DNA from: Heptranchias perlo
Lineage: Eukaryota
DNA: 64,000 bases
Direction of reading: 5' to 3'
Assembly (NCBI RefSeq): GCF_035084215.1
Contig: NC_090330.1
Location: 96,906,001 to 96,970,000, forward strand
Positions 25,426-38,950 of this stretch are shown in pieces (positions within the stretch are counted from its first letter, which is position 1; each line of letters opens with the position of its first letter). A program made the translations under genes and the position numbers. The notes below the pieces were generated by a model, which saw only the letters and a list, made by a program, of their open reading frames with translations, made no database searches and was not told the DNA's origin.

Positions 25426-26450
25426 GGGCTCAATTTTCAAACAGAGTGGGGGTCAATTTGAGGTCGGGAAACCCATCAGTACGGGTTTCCCCGACGTCCT
25501 TACGATTTTGACGTAAAGACGCCTTTATTTTTTTTTGTCGGTTTCCCGTCTGACTGACCGGCTGATTGACAGGCTGGTCTCAGTCGGACAGGAGACCAGC
25601 CAGGGGAGAGGACGTCTGCAGGTAAGTCTTTGTTTGCATGGTTGCGGGGGGCATGTATGGGCACAAGGGCATGGGTGGGCAAGGGGCACGGGTGGGCAAG
25701 GGGCACGGGGGTCGCGAGTCATGGAGGATGGGATCGGGGGTCAGTTATGGTGGAGGGCGGAATCATTGAGGGGGTGGGTTGGGGATCAGAGGATCGGGGT
25801 CGGGGTCGGAAGATCGAGATCGGAGTGGGAGGGTCGGGGTCGGAGGATTGGAGTCAGAGGATCGGGGCCAGGGACGGAGGATCGGGGTCGGGGTCAGAGG
25901 ATCAGGGTCGGAGGAACGGGGCCCGGGTCGGACGATCGGGGTCTGGGTTGGAAGGGGAGGATTGGGGTCGGGGGTTGGGGGTCGGTGGGGGAGGATCGGG
26001 GTCAGGGGGTCGGGGTCAGGGATCTGCGATTGGGGGGGGGTGGTGGGCGATTGGGGGGGTGGGGGTGGGGGTCAGTGCAGGTAGGCTTGTTGCGCCTGGG
26101 GGAAGCACTCCTGCTCCTCCGGGCCCACAAGCTGTGCCTTTCTAGGGACTTACGTGCAGTCTCGGGCCTTCTCGCCTCCTTTCATGAAGCGTAAAACAGC
26201 AGACCTGGAATCCTGGCCCCCCAAGGTTGAAATGAGGAATTAGATAAAAATGGAGGCCTGAAGCCTCCTTTAAAGGTTTTAAGGCTCGACCCACCTCCTG
26301 GGAGCGGGTTGGCCGCCTGCCCCTCATCCCGCCCCTCATCCCGCCCCCGTGAAAACCGGAAATGGGCGGGTTGGAGGCAGTTCTGAAATAGTGGAAGTTT
26401 TCAATGCCCCCCAGCCCCCAACACCAATTTTTTACTTTAAAATCAAGCCC
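25426..26450. mobile_element. Non-autonomous Harbinger-type element
   Basis: TIRs gggctcaatttt / aaaatcaagccc, 3-bp TSD atg/atg, GC-rich subtermini. Confidence 0.75.
25730..26075 (+). repeat. G-rich minisatellite (gggtcggaggatcgg-like units)
   Basis: Repeated gaggatcggggtc / ggggtcgg units; explains the GC-rich spurious ORFs 25535-26194. Confidence 0.85.
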
Positions 26451-26479
26451 ATGAAGTCAAGTGTTCAGAAGTATAAAAT

Positions 26480-26935
26480 CATAGAATTTTACAGCACAGA
26501 AGGAGGCTATTCGGCCCATTGTGTTCGTGCCGGCTCTTTGAAAGCGCTGCCGAATTAATTCCACTCCCCTGCTCTTTCCCTGTGGCCCTACAATTTTCTC
26601 CCCTTCAAGTGTTTATCCAATTCCCCTTTGAAACTGCTTCCCCCACCCTTTCAGGAAATGCATTGCAGATGTGTAAAAAAATGTTTCCTCATGTTGCCTC
26701 TGGTTCCTTTGCCAAATCTGTGTCCTTTGGTTATCAACCCTTCTGCCAGTGGAAATAGTTTCTCCTTATTTACTCTATCAAAACACTTCATGATTTTAAA
26801 CGCCTCTATTAAATCTCCCCTTAATCTTCTCTACTCTAAGGAGAACAATCCCTGCTTCTCCAGTCTCTCCATGTAACTGGAGTCCCACATCCCTGGTACC
26901 ATTCGAGTAAATCTCTTCTGCACCTTCTCCAAAGT
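26480..26935 (-). mobile_element. CR1 LINE 3' end
   Basis: catagaattttacagcacagaaggaggctattcggccc tail and fragments of the RT C-terminus. Confidence 0.85.
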
Positions 26936-26975
26936 ATGTTTGTTATCTGTTTGGGTTTTGTGTTTGAGAGAATAT

Positions 26976-27930
26976 TTAGAGGTTTGGTTGCAACAAGGCA
27001 CAGAGTCCTTGCAATGCCACCTTACTGAACTTCTGCCTCCTTAAATAGATCTTTTCTGATATATCCTTAAAGGAGCAGTGTGGTCTGTAGATTGTAGTGG
27101 AAAGGTACCTTCCAGTTGCTCTTCTCCTTTTGTGAAGCCTTATTCTGCGATCATCTCTCATTTCCTCTTCATCGTGCTTCTGTCCTTCCTCCATCATGAG
27201 GAAATATATATGAATACCCAAAGTGCTTAATGAAAGAAGGGAAAAAAAGGTTTCCATACCTGAAACTGCTCAAAATTGAAACATCAGGCAAAGTTTGTGG
27301 ACCATTAAGAGGCGATTTTAACCCTGCAGTTAAATCGTCTGGGAGACCTACCTGCTGACATTCTTCTCCTTTCCCGCAGGCTTCCATTTTAACCTGGTCT
27401 TCTCAGCAGACAGGAAGGAACCCCGTCGGAATCTGGTGGGGTCTTTCTTTAAATATGCAGATCTTCAACGACAGGCCCGACTGCTATTTTAACCAGTGGA
27501 TTAAGCTGGAAAGTGACTCTAAGGTCAAGTCAACCTAGTGAGAAGATTCAGGGCCAGAAGTGACCCAAACAGGTAAATTAGTTTCTTTCACTATCCTTGA
27601 GGAGCTATGAGTTTAGGCCTACCCTGCCCCGGGAACCCTCACCTTCCCGGTCGCGAAACCCTCCCTAAACTTCCTCCCCGTGACTTACTTGAGTGGCAGG
27701 GACCATTCCTTTGGCCCTCATCAGCGGCCTCCTGCTGCCCGACATTCCACTCCTGCCCGCCAACCAGCCATTGCATCCCGCTGGTTTCCAGCTGGCAAAT
27801 GACCGGGAGTAAGCAGATGAAGTTTGGGAGCTTATATCAGCCAGGCCTCATGCTGACGTGGTCAGGATGGATCGCCGGTCACCTTGGCCTCAGTCCGTCC
27901 GATACCCACCCCGAGTTAAAATTGAGACTC
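26976..27930 (-). mobile_element. Harbinger end with HARBI1-like N-terminal relic
   Basis: ORF 26976-27257 IYRPHCSFKDISEKIYLRRQKFSK..LCALLQPNL matches the HARBI1 N-terminus at 43484; TIR-like gagttaaaattgagac. Confidence 0.55.
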
Positions 27931-28244
27931 TAGAGTCTGTGAAATGAACTACTTCCTGTTTGGTAATATTTTTTCCACAGTCTCCCATTTCGGCCGGGAG
28001 TGAAAGATCGACCCCAATTATTCTTTGTATGAAGACTATTTATACAGCTGCGGCACCATTTTTATAAGCCTTGTGCCCTTGTAAAACAAAAGGATACATA
28101 TGCAGTAACTGAATTTTTGGGGGATTAAAAACCTGTCATCAATCCAAGCTGTGACCTTTGGAACTTTTATCTGAGGTAACTGATTTTTTTCTGAAATTAA
28201 TTTTAGAATTTGTTTCATGACTGATAGCAAAGTTGTCCATTTTT

Positions 28245-29110
28245 AAAAATTCATTCATGGGATGTGGGCGTCGCTGGCAAGGCCAGCATTTATTGCCCAT
28301 CCCTAATTGCCCTTGAGAAGGTGGTGGTGAGCCACCTTCTTAAACCGCTGTAGTCCGTGTGGTGAAGGTTCTCCCACAGTACTGTTAGGTAGAGAGTTCC
28401 AGGATTTTGACTCAGCGACGATGAAGGAACGGCGATATATTTCCAAGTCAGGATGGTGTGTGACTTGGAGGGGAACGTGCAGGTGGTGCCTTGCTGCTGC
28501 CCTTGTCCTTCTAGGTGGTAGAGGTCACGGGTTTTGGAGGTGCTGTCGAAGAAGCCTTGGCGAGTTGTTGCAGTGCATCTTGTAGATGGTACACACTGCA
28601 GCCACGGTGCACCGGTGGTGGAGGGAGTGAATGTTTAAGGTGGTGGATTGGGCGCCAATCAAGTGAGCTGCTTTGTCTTGAATGGTGTCAAGCATCTTGA
28701 GTGTTGTTGGAGCTGCACTCATCCAGGCAAGTGGAGAGTATTCCATCACACTCCTGACTTGTGCCTTGCAGATGGTGGAAAGGCTTTGGGGAGTCAGGAG
28801 GTGAGTCACTCACTGCAGAATACCCAGCCTTTGAACTGCTCTTGAAGCCACAGTATTTATATGGCTGGTCCAGTTAAGTTTCTGGTCAATGGTGACCCCC
28901 AGGATGTTGATGGTGGGGGATTCGGCGATGGTAATGCTGTTGAATGTCAAGGGGAGGTGGTTAGAATATCTCTTATTGGAGATGGTCATTGCCTGGCACT
29001 TGTCCGGAGCGAATGTTTTTTGCCATTTATCAGCCTAAGCCTGGATGTTGTCCAGGTCGTGCTGCATGAAGGCACAGACTGCTTCATTATCTGAGGAATT
29101 GCGAATGGAA
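28245..29110 (-). mobile_element. 5'-truncated CR1-group LINE (same family as 5137-8311)
   Basis: ORF 28525-28809 THLLTPQSLSTI.KAQVRSVMEYSPLAWMSAAP and the same 3' tail. Confidence 0.9.
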
Positions 29111-29676
29111 CAGATATTTAAAGAGTATTTGCTTTTTGTGGGCCCCAGATACTTTCCAAGAGTTGCAAAATATACCAATAGAATATAACATTTTTGACTT
29201 GAAAAAAGGAATTTATTTTTGATTTCAAAACATGGAAACAGTGTAAAGCATAATTTTTAAATTCTTATTGAGCTTTTAATAATAAAAACAATACATATAC
29301 TGGAGCGAAGGGTGGGGGGAAGCACAAGTAATTGGGAGATGAATGGGAGGCAGCAGTAACTGATAGAGAGGGTGTGAATGAAGCCACTGAGGGCCACATT
29401 TTTCCAGCAATGCAGCTTACAGCCATTGGCGGCCCCGTTCCCTCCCTGCCACACCCTGCCATATCACCCACCAGCTCCCACCTGAAAGAACAAATTAAAA
29501 ACTTAAGTTAAAATAAATATTTTACAATTACAAGCTTAAATTTATTAACTGAATTCTTTTTTATATGCTTGGCCATGTTTATTAATGTTTTTGATAGGAG
29601 ACAAGTTTGAATGTCAGAAGCCTATAAGTATAAATTGTTTTTTTTCCCCTGTGTTGCACTTTTTCCCTTTGGCCCA

Positions 29677-30145
29677 GGATGAGAGGATTGTCCTATGAGG
29701 AGAGGTTGAGTAGAATGGGCCTATACTCTCTGGAGTTTAGAAAAATGAGAGGTGATCTCATTGAAACATATAAAATTCTTTGAGGGCTCGACAGGGTAGA
29801 TGCTGAGAGGTTGTTTCCCCTGGCTGGAGAGTCTAGAACAAGGGGGCATAGTCTCAGGATAAAGGGTCAGCCATTTAAGACTGAGATGAGGAGGAATTTC
29901 TTCACTCAAAGGGTTGTGAATCTTTGGAATTCTGTACCCCAGAGGGCTGTGGATACTCAGTCGTTGAGTATATTCAAGGCTGAGATAAATAGATTTTTGG
30001 ACTCTAGGGGGGGTCAAGGGATATGGAGATCAGGATGGAAAGTGGGGTTGAGGTCAAAGATCAGCCATGATATTATTGAATGGCAGAGCAAGCTTGAGGG
30101 GCTGTACGGCCTACTCCTGCTCCTATTTCTTATGTTTTATGTCCT
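29677..30145 (+). mobile_element. CR1 LINE 3' end
   Basis: ESRTRGHSLRIKG..RRNFFTQRVVNLWNS; tail ggcctactcctgctcctatttcttatgt. Confidence 0.9.
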
Positions 30146-30499
30146 ATAGGACTGCATTTTTTTCTATGATTCTTACACTTGAATATTCTTTTTACTTACA
30201 TACTAGTTGATCTCTCCTCAAGTTATAATGATGAGTGAAGATCTGTACAGTGTTGAAGAGTTTTGTCTTGATTTTCCCAAAGGATTTAATGATACTACTA
30301 TCTGAAGCAGTGGACAACAGAAGCTTCCTCTATAACATGGAGATTTTTTAAAAATCGGAATAAGCTGGAATACTTGAATTGGAACAAAATGTGTTATTGA
30401 CTTTGTTTGACACTATAAAATCATAGAAAATAATTTCAAGCAACACAAACCAACATGCCCATTCCACACAACAATAGACTATTGATGAACATGCTAGCA

Positions 30500-31200
30500 C
30501 AGCAAAGCAAGCATCAGTGAATTAATAAATTGATAGAGCATAATCACCATTGAATCCATAATTTCGTAGAGCAGTGAACACCAGCAATTTAATAAATTAC
30601 ACTGCAATGGGTACACTAGTCAATCGATAAATGAATGGATCAACAGGCACCAGTGAATTAATAAATTAATACAGCAGCAGGCACCAGTGAATTAATGGAG
30701 AAGCAGACAAAAGGGAATTATTAAATTCATAGACCAACGAGCACACAATATATTAATAAATAATTGGAGCAGTGGGTATCAATGAATAAATTAATTGTTA
30801 GAGCACCAGCCAGCAGCAAAAACCACATACATGACCACTTGCTCACAACAACAAAAGTTTACTAGTGCACATTTCAGAACAGCTAAGCAACTATCAGTGA
30901 ATCAATAAGGTAATGTAACAGTACTCATCACCAAATGATACAAAAGGCATCAAGGGGTATGGGGAGAGAGCGGGAATATGGTATTTAGATAGAGGATCAG
31001 CCTTGATCATATTGAATGGCGGAGCAGGCTCAAAGGGCCGAATGGCCTACTCCTGCTCCTATTTTCTATGTTTCTATAAATTAATGGAGCAGAAGGCACC
31101 AGTGAATTGATATTGAATTAATAAATTATGGGCAAGCGAGCACCTATGTATTAATAAATCCATACAGCAGTTGGCATATCAAAAAAATCAATAAATTAAT
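30500..31200 (+). repeat. Degenerate AT-rich minisatellite interrupted by a CR1 tail
   Basis: Recurring gcaccagtgaattaataaattaat..gagcag units at about 30512, 30579, 30647, 30681, 31096. Confidence 0.7.
30940..31077 (+). mobile_element. CR1 3' terminal fragment
   Basis: aaaggcatcaaggggtatggggagagagcggg..ggccgaatggcctactcctgctcctattttctatgtttcta. Confidence 0.85.
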
Positions 31201-31224
31201 AAATTTCAAATAAAGTCACAGTGT

Positions 31225-31650
31225 CGGCTAAAGTTCAGTGGTAGAACTCTCACCTCTGAATCAGAAGGTTGTGGATTCAAGCCCCACTCCAGAGCCTTGA
31301 GCACAAAATGTAGGCTGATACTCTGGTGTAGTAGTGAGGGAGGTGCCGTCTTTTGGATAGGACATTAAACTGAGGCCCCCTCTGCCCTTTCAGATGGAAA
31401 TAAAAGATCCCATGGCACTATTTTGAAGAGAAGTTCTCCCTGGTGTCCTGGCCAATACTTATCCCTCAACAAACATCATCAAAGAACAAGATTATCTGGG
31501 CATTATCACATTGCTGTTTGTGGGACCTTACTGTGCGCAAACTAGCTGCTGTGTTTCTTACATTACATCAGTGATTACACTTCAAAAGTACTTAATTGGC
31601 GGTAGAGTCCTGAGATCATGAAAGGTGCTATATAAATGCAAGTCTTTTTT
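31225..31650 (+). mobile_element. Deu-domain tRNA SINE
   Basis: Head ttcagtggtagaactctcacctctgaatcagaaggttgtggattcaagcccc; core ggaggtgccgtcttttggataggacattaaactgaggcccc; tail aaaggtgctatataaatgcaagtc. Confidence 0.85.
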
Positions 31651-32634
31651 TTCTTTTAAATAATGTATTATTTTTATGTGTGCTGACTCTGCCCCTAGAT
31701 TGCACACAAACATTCCAGCACTCGAGCCCAATTGCATTGATCCAACTCTCTTTCTATCACACATTGAGCAGGCTCTTACTTTTAGAATTTCAGTATAGGT
31801 CCAAAAATTATTTAATCAACTCACTTTCAATTCCCTTGAAGTTATTTTATATAGTCACCCTATCCCTATGCCTTGCACAAACACATTCTCTTCCCCTCCC
31901 ATCACAGATGGGTATGAGTGATTCAGGCCTAACATAATGGGGATTTTTTGGGGGATATACTTTAGTTTTCTGTGTTTTCCTATCCTTTTTAACTTTTGTT
32001 ACAATTTGAGGCCATTTTTCCTTATCCTTTTTTTATTCTTTGTACATGGTGCCTATGACTTGATTTCACCCTTAATAAGTCACCCTTCTCAAGAAACTTA
32101 TGTTTCCAGTTTCTGACGATTCCCGGTATGCTTTTCTATTTCTGCAGGCGCAGATCGGGCATGTGATGTGCCCTGAAATTAAACCTTTTGCCCCATTTCC
32201 ACCCAGAAAACTGCGCAACGAGTCCAATTTCTACCTTGATATGTATATAGTGAGATACATACATAAATATATACATATATAGACAGACATGAGGGAGCTA
32301 GAGCTACAGTTATGTATATTCTGAGTCCATTAAATACATATTTTCACGCATCTACCAATCTGTTTTACAGATGAACGCGACTTCTCATTCGTTCTGTTTA
32401 GTTTATATGAAGCAGACTAGTAACTTCTCAATCAGCAATTATGTCATTTTTTGTGCAAAGCATCTAAAATTAGGGGACAAGCCAGAGGATTTCCCCTCCT
32501 CTGAATAAGAATATGCAGCAACTTCAGAATTTAAATAAAATTAATTTGATATACATAAAAGAGAACCAATTTCCCTGTTTGTTTAATTGTGTAGTGTTGC
32601 TAATGGTGCTAACCATGCAGATATTCCCTTTATC

Positions 32635-33015
32635 ATACATAGAATTACATAGAATTTTACAGCACAGAAACAGGCCACTGTTTATGCTCCAAACCAGCCT
32701 CCTCCCGCCTTACTTCATCTCACCCTATCAACATATCCTTCCATTCCTTTCTCCCTCATGTGTTTATCTAGCTTCCTCTTAAATGCATCAAGCACTCCAT
32801 GTGGTAGCGAGTTCCACATTCTTACCACTCTCTTAGTAAAGAAGTTTCTCCTGAATTCTCTATTGGATTTATTAGTAACTATCTTATATTTATGACCCCT
32901 AGTTTTGGACACCGACACACGTGGAAACATTCTCTCTGCGTCTACCCTAACGAACCCTTTCATAATTTTAAAGAGCTCTATCAGGTCACCCCTCAGTATT
33001 CTCTTTTCTCGAGAA
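32635..33015 (-). mobile_element. CR1 LINE 3' end
   Basis: ORF 32715-33020 LRGDLIELFKIMKG..TRGHKYKI..RRNFFTKRVVRMWNSLP. Confidence 0.9.
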
Positions 33016-34094
33016 ATCAATGATTAAGAGTCCCTAGAGTTAGGATAACTCAGAAACTTTTTCCTCTAGTTTGAACAGAAACAAATACTTCGGAGATCAC
33101 TCCAGATCTGAAATCCGCACAAATGTGTTTTGAAGCAAGTATTAAGTAATTATTAACAGATGGAATAGCTATTCCTATCACTGTGGGTTAACAATGTTAA
33201 ACATTTTGGCCTGGAATTTCATGCATATTTCTGCCCAGACTCTCGCGTAATCCCGGCACAAACTAATTACGTGGCTTAAAACATCATGGAATTTTGGGCG
33301 TAAGTGAGCTACGTGCCTAACTATAATATGCCCAAGTCTCCTTGATCTTTTACAGCCGTCCATCAAACCCTTCACCCGAATGAATCTCTGCCCACAAAGC
33401 TGGCCGCGCCCCTAACTCTCAAATGCGAGTATCTTCCAAATTATGCTTGTTCGGATAGTCTCTTCATAATGGGACCAGATTTTCAGTCTCAGAAGAAAAT
33501 AAAGTGATTCTTCTGGTGTTTTGTTGCAACTGTTTGAGCGTTTTTAAAAAAAAATTATCCTCATTGGGACCTGCTCTGAATTTTCTGGTTGTTTTAATGC
33601 ATTTTTATGCCATGAGTATAAGTCACATTAAAAATTGAAAAGCTTCCCGATTGCAGGTTCCTAAATATGCTGTGCCTGATGTATGTGAATGATGGTTAAA
33701 GGAGTTGAAACTTAATGAGGGAAGAAATATATGGAGGGTGATTTTAACCCCCAAGAACGGGTGGTTTGGGGGTGGGTGGGAGTCGAAAATAGTTGTTTTT
33801 TGGGTCGCGACTGCAATCAGGCTTCACTTACGGGTTTAACGTGGGTGTGTAAAAGTACAGGCGTCACACTGGGAGTGCAAAGTCCGAAAATGTTGCAGTT
33901 GCTACCCCCATGGTGTGGGTTCGATGCCTTCCTTGGGCCCCAATTGTTTACGTTGATTTACGTCCATTTTAAGTTTGGGTGCATTCTAAGGAGATTGGGA
34001 GGATACTTGGGCATAATTTAACATCGGCAAAATGAGCACGACATTGGGTGCATTTTCGGGTCTAATTTTCGGGTTGGACCCAAGGAGGAACCTC

Positions 34095-35716
34095 GGGCGC
34101 TAAATTGGGCTGTGTAGTGCCCGTTGTTTCAGCGCTACACGGCCTCGCACGCACGTTTCCAGTGGGACGTGCACTTCTTGATATAGAAGTTAGCGCAGGC
34201 GCAGATAATGAACACTGCAATCATATTAAGTAGGGAGAAAATGGCTTCAATCAGTGTGCAACGCTGATTTAAAGTGATAGATACCATTTTGGGATTTAAT
34301 GCTCAACTCAATGCACAGTCTTAACCCTGACCATCTGAACGTGTCTTAGAGTACCTTGAGGACCCCCCCACCAGTGCTATTTAAAGGGACCATGCAGGAT
34401 TTACAGGTTAGAGGCTGGATTATTGCTTCTGGCTCCCGAGACATTTGTAACTGTTTTTGGAGGTCTCCTATACTTGAATACTAGGACTAGTGGACATAAC
34501 TGAACATTTAGAGTCAGGACATGCAGGAGTGAAGTAAGGAAATGCGTCAAAGGGTGAGAGAAGTTTGGAATGCCCTTCTACAAACGGCGGTTGATGTTAG
34601 CTCAATTGAGAATTCTAAATCTGAGATTGATAGATCTCTGTGAACCAAGGTTATTAAGGGATACGGGGCTAAGGCGGGTATATGGAGTTAGGTCACAGGT
34701 CCACCCTGATCTCATCGAATGGCGGAACAGGCTCGAGGGGCTAAATGCCACCGCCTCTTGCTGCCTCCTGATATGTGCCAGTTTCTCCTGCAAGAAAGCG
34801 GGACGTATGTCTGGGTGATGTGCCTATCATGGTTGAATAGCTGCCAGTGTGTGTGGCCTGTGAGTTGTGGGTGGGCAGCTTGCCACAGTGGTAATGTGTA
34901 AGGATGAGAGGAAACATCTGGTACTGATGGAAAGAGTTTGTTGGTATGTGGGTGATGGGGGGTGTAGTGCATGGTGCAGTTGATATGAGATACCGCTTGA
35001 CAGTTGACCTCACTTACCTTGACCACTCATGTCAAAGCATTGAACTTCTTCCTGCACTGCATCCATGTTCATGATGCTGTGCGCCTGGCATTGACTTCGT
35101 CCCCCCGCTGCATCCTACTGCCTTTTGTTTATATGCCTGGAGGGCCTATAGCACCCTCCCACCATCGGATATAGGATGTCTCTCCTTCTGTCCACCTCTT
35201 GCACCAAGGCCTCTAGTGCATCAGCAGAGAACCTTGGTGCACGCACTCTCGCAGTCCTGGTACCAACTCAGATCGGCAGATTGGTGAGGTCTGGCATGCA
35301 GATTGGAAGATGTGGGATTTAGTAGTGCACAACCTTTATTCAATGTTTTAACATAACTCATCAGTTTGTAAACAAAGGGATGGGAGCTGCATCTGTGTTA
35401 TGCATGTGCGATGTCTGATCTCCATTCCGACTCTGTGCAGATAGCAGACTGTTATTTTCAGCAAATAACAGGTACCAGCTACCTTTCAACGATTTCTGAC
35501 AGGCATCCTGCCTTTAAGAGATTGGAGCTCCCCCTGCTGGTGGAGAGTGCAAATTGCATGGAATCCTCGTTTAACGCTTATTTCCAACGCAGATTGCAGG
35601 TAAGTCCTCAGGCCTGACAAAAATCTCGTCCTGCTTGCGCAGGGACGATTGGGCATGGGATAATAGCGGATCACGCTACCCCCGCCCAAATACAGGCCTT
35701 ATCCAATTTTACCCCC
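34095..35716. mobile_element. Internally deleted Harbinger element with Myb exons on the - strand
   Basis: Left end gggcgctaaattgggctgtgtagtgccc resembles the reverse complement of 62720-62768; right end ccaattttaccccc; minus RAPRFSADALEALVQEVDRRRDILYP near 35160-35250, donor near 35018, exon 2 EKLAHIRRQQE at 34790. Confidence 0.75.
34590..34750 (+). mobile_element. CR1 3' fragment inside the Harbinger derivative
   Basis: aaatctgagattgatagat..aaggggatacgggg..gatctcatcgaatggcggaacaggctcgaggggctaaatg. Confidence 0.75.
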
Positions 35717-36407
35717 ATCCAGTCCTATTAGCACACATTATCTGGTGGAATCGCAAGCAATCTTATTGGACAGGTGGAAAATGTTTTCAAACAAGTAAAC
35801 AAAGGGGTAGATGTTCACGATGGTCTTCAAGTCCCTGTGCATCCTTGTATACTTTTTGTTTGTATTTTTTGAGTTGATTTATCGAGGAATTGCCTCCTTA
35901 TAGATTGCAAAGTAGTAACATGATAGCAGATTGTTGAGGGTTCAGTGAAGTGGTAAAAACCCTTTGGAAATAATCTTTTTCTTAAAGTGAATCACAGGAT
36001 AATTTATTTTAGAAATGGTGTAGTAAAGGGCACTAATAGACTGCGAACCAATGCTGAAGTGCAGCTTTTCCTCCTTGATTGCTTGTGAAGGACTTTCAAC
36101 CCAATGGCCCAAATCTTCCTGGGAAAATAACGGCGAGTTCACGACACACGCCGTTATTAATACACAAAATGGCCAACAAGTTTGGGTGAAGAAGAGATAC
36201 GCTGTGAGTTCCAAATCGCCCTAACTTACTGATCGACTTATGCTGTTTTGCCTTGCACAAACAGCAGCTTGCCCTCAACTTCCGCGTTATTTTTACGAAC
36301 TTGCTGGATTTGCAAATTAAGCTTGAATTAAACTCACCACAGAAATTTAGGGCTCATTCATAACACCATACCTCTTACAAAGGGTAGGAAGTGCACAGAA
36401 TTCAGGG

Positions 36408-36652
36408 CCATAGTGATCTCCGGGGCCATTTTCAATCGCCAAAGGGATCGGACAGGAATTTCCCAGATTTTTTTTCCCTAAATTAGCCTCGATTTTTATC
36501 TGGTTTTTGGCCTCGCCCAGAAGGCCACACGGTTTTGTGTGGGGTGGGGGAGCGTATATATTGTGACACAAGGTATGATAATTGTATGGGACAGGCTGGA
36601 TGGACCAGAGGGTCTTTTCCTGTCTGTCATTGTTCATATGTTTGTATGTAAG
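36408..36652 (+). mobile_element. 3' end of a CR1-like LINE or SINE
   Basis: Tail ggctggatggaccagagggtcttttcctgtctgtcattgttcatatgtttgtatgt. Confidence 0.55.
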
Positions 36653-38119
36653 TACCTTTTAATGACGTGATAATTGTTAATACAATGACAATCAACATCC
36701 TTGGCCCAGAAAGGGAACAATTTAAACTGTGGAGTCTCATTCCTGCACAAAATAAATTCTTCTTAGAGATTTAAAACATTTTAGATTTAAAATTTTTCAT
36801 TTTTTTTCTTACTTTTCCTTTCTGTCTCTTTTTTTCTTTTCTCTCTTAATCCAAACTGTCTTTCCCTCTCTTTGTTTCTCTTTCTGTACCTGATTTGACT
36901 CTAATTTACCCACTCTAATTCACCTTCCTTCTCCCTCATTCCTCTCTTCTTTTCTCAATCTTTAAATCTCATTGGTTAAGGAGATAGACTGTTGGTCCCA
37001 TCGTTCACTAAGGCCCCAGATACCCCTCTACCCTCGCCCGTGCTGAAATAATCCTGCACTTCCAGCAACTTACAGGGTATAATATTTTCAAGCTGGAGGG
37101 TGCAAGAAAAAGCCTAACTAACAGCACATGCCTCGAGATGCCCCGTTCAGCAAGATTTGTGCCTATAACACTCTTAAAAGGACTCACAACTTTCATTTAA
37201 CTTATTGTTATTTTGGGATGTGATAACCAGTTTTGGTTCAAATGTTCAGTTCCATTCAAGCATTGGAAGTTTGGATCTTCTTGAATGAATATAGGAAGGG
37301 GAGTAGGCCATTCAGCCCCTCGGACCTGCTCCGCCATTCAGTTGGATCATGGCTGATCAGCCCTCAACTCCATTTTTTCGCTTTGCTCCATATCCCTCAA
37401 ATGAAACTGTCCCAGAAAATCAGCACTGTGCATACCCCAAATTTCATTCAAATCCATTGTGATTTTAGAACACCCAAGCTAATGAAAATCATTCAATGTA
37501 TTTTGAGATCAATTAGAAATATTATCAGGATAGCTGCTGCACATGAACAGCACCTTGTTATGCGAAGTTGCAATCTTTTCTTATAAAAACAAACACAAGT
37601 CAAATCTAAACTGAGCTGTCAAAAATGTCCTCAATTAGATTAAATCTCCAGAAAATTGGAACAAGCTTATCTGTCCAACTAATGTTAATTTTTCAGCAGT
37701 AATAATTGTCCATTTCATTTACCAAAATGCCAACATTTTAACAAGTAAAAATCAAAAACGTTAATTCACATCTGTGGTGATCTCTTGGCGCCTGGCAACT
37801 ATGAACAGCATGCTGCAGTTTGAATTTAAGGGTATGCAAAGATTCTGTGAAGAAATATGTGTTGAAAGAAATATTTATATTCTATTAGAAAGTTAAGGAA
37901 TGATTTTCTGAATGCACACTTCTGACATGCAACCTTGCCTGTGAGGAGTGCATATAAGGAATTGCGGTCAGTATTCCTCAAGATTCCTGAATGGCACTCT
38001 TGACAGGTGATTTTCTGCTCCAGGGCTAAATTTCAAATATCAGCTCTTTAAGTTCCAAATGAATTTTCACAGTCACAAGTCACTGTGACCTTAATGGTAC
38101 TCTGCAGTGGGATTAAGAA

Positions 38120-38950
38120 CGTAAGAAATGTCAGGGGTAAGAAAAGGCCTTCCAAATCATTGATACTTATCCCACTACTACCCTGACTCTCCCATTATAG
38201 TGTCTTGCTACATTTTGAATGCCTATAATGGCTTTAATTCCACCACACTGCCTTGCAAATTATTCCTAACATTTATCCATTTATCACCCTTTCAGGAAGG
38301 GAATTCTTCCTTATTTCTGTCTTAAGTTTACTTTTCTTAATTTAAATTGAAGTCCACTCAGGACTAACTTTAAAGTAACTGGGTTTTCCTTGTCCATGCC
38401 TTTTAATATTTTATATATTTCACTGAGATCCTGCCTTCCTTCTAAACTACATTTAATTTCTCTAAGCTTTGCCCAGTTAACACTGGTATCAGTCTCTGCA
38501 CCATCTCCAATGCATGTATATATTTTTTCTGGTGTGGTGGCCAGAACGGAATAGAAAAACTCCAAGTGGGATCTGGCAAATACATTGTAAAGCCTCAGCA
38601 TAACCTCTGTAAAGGTGTAGTCAGGCTATATATCTCAGCATTCTATTCTCAGCATTTAAATTAATTTGCCACATTGTCTTGACATTGAAAGTGATGGCTT
38701 TACCATGACTCCTAGATTATATTCAAAATCTCTCCATGCCAATTAAATTCAATTCAATGTTTAGTAATGACACCTTTTTCCAACCAATTTGTAATACTTT
38801 TGATGTATCAGTATTAAATTTAATTGCCTATCCAATTGCTTAGCCAATCCAAATCTTTCTGCGACTCTTTTGCACCATCTTCAGTCTCAACTAATATCCT
38901 ATAAGGGTGTTATCATCAAATTTGATAAATTATGTTCAGTTTTCACATCC
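38120..38950 (-). mobile_element. Old CR1 LINE fragment
   Basis: ORF 38311-38601 MLRLYNVFARSHLEF..DLSEIYKILKG. Confidence 0.75.

Noticed and set aside
25535-26194. 219-aa Gly/Arg-rich ORF and neighbours
   Set aside because: Produced by a G-rich minisatellite that lacks stop codons
30500-31200. CRISPR-like array
   Set aside because: Eukaryotic context, degenerate repeats, no unique constant-length spacers, no cas genes
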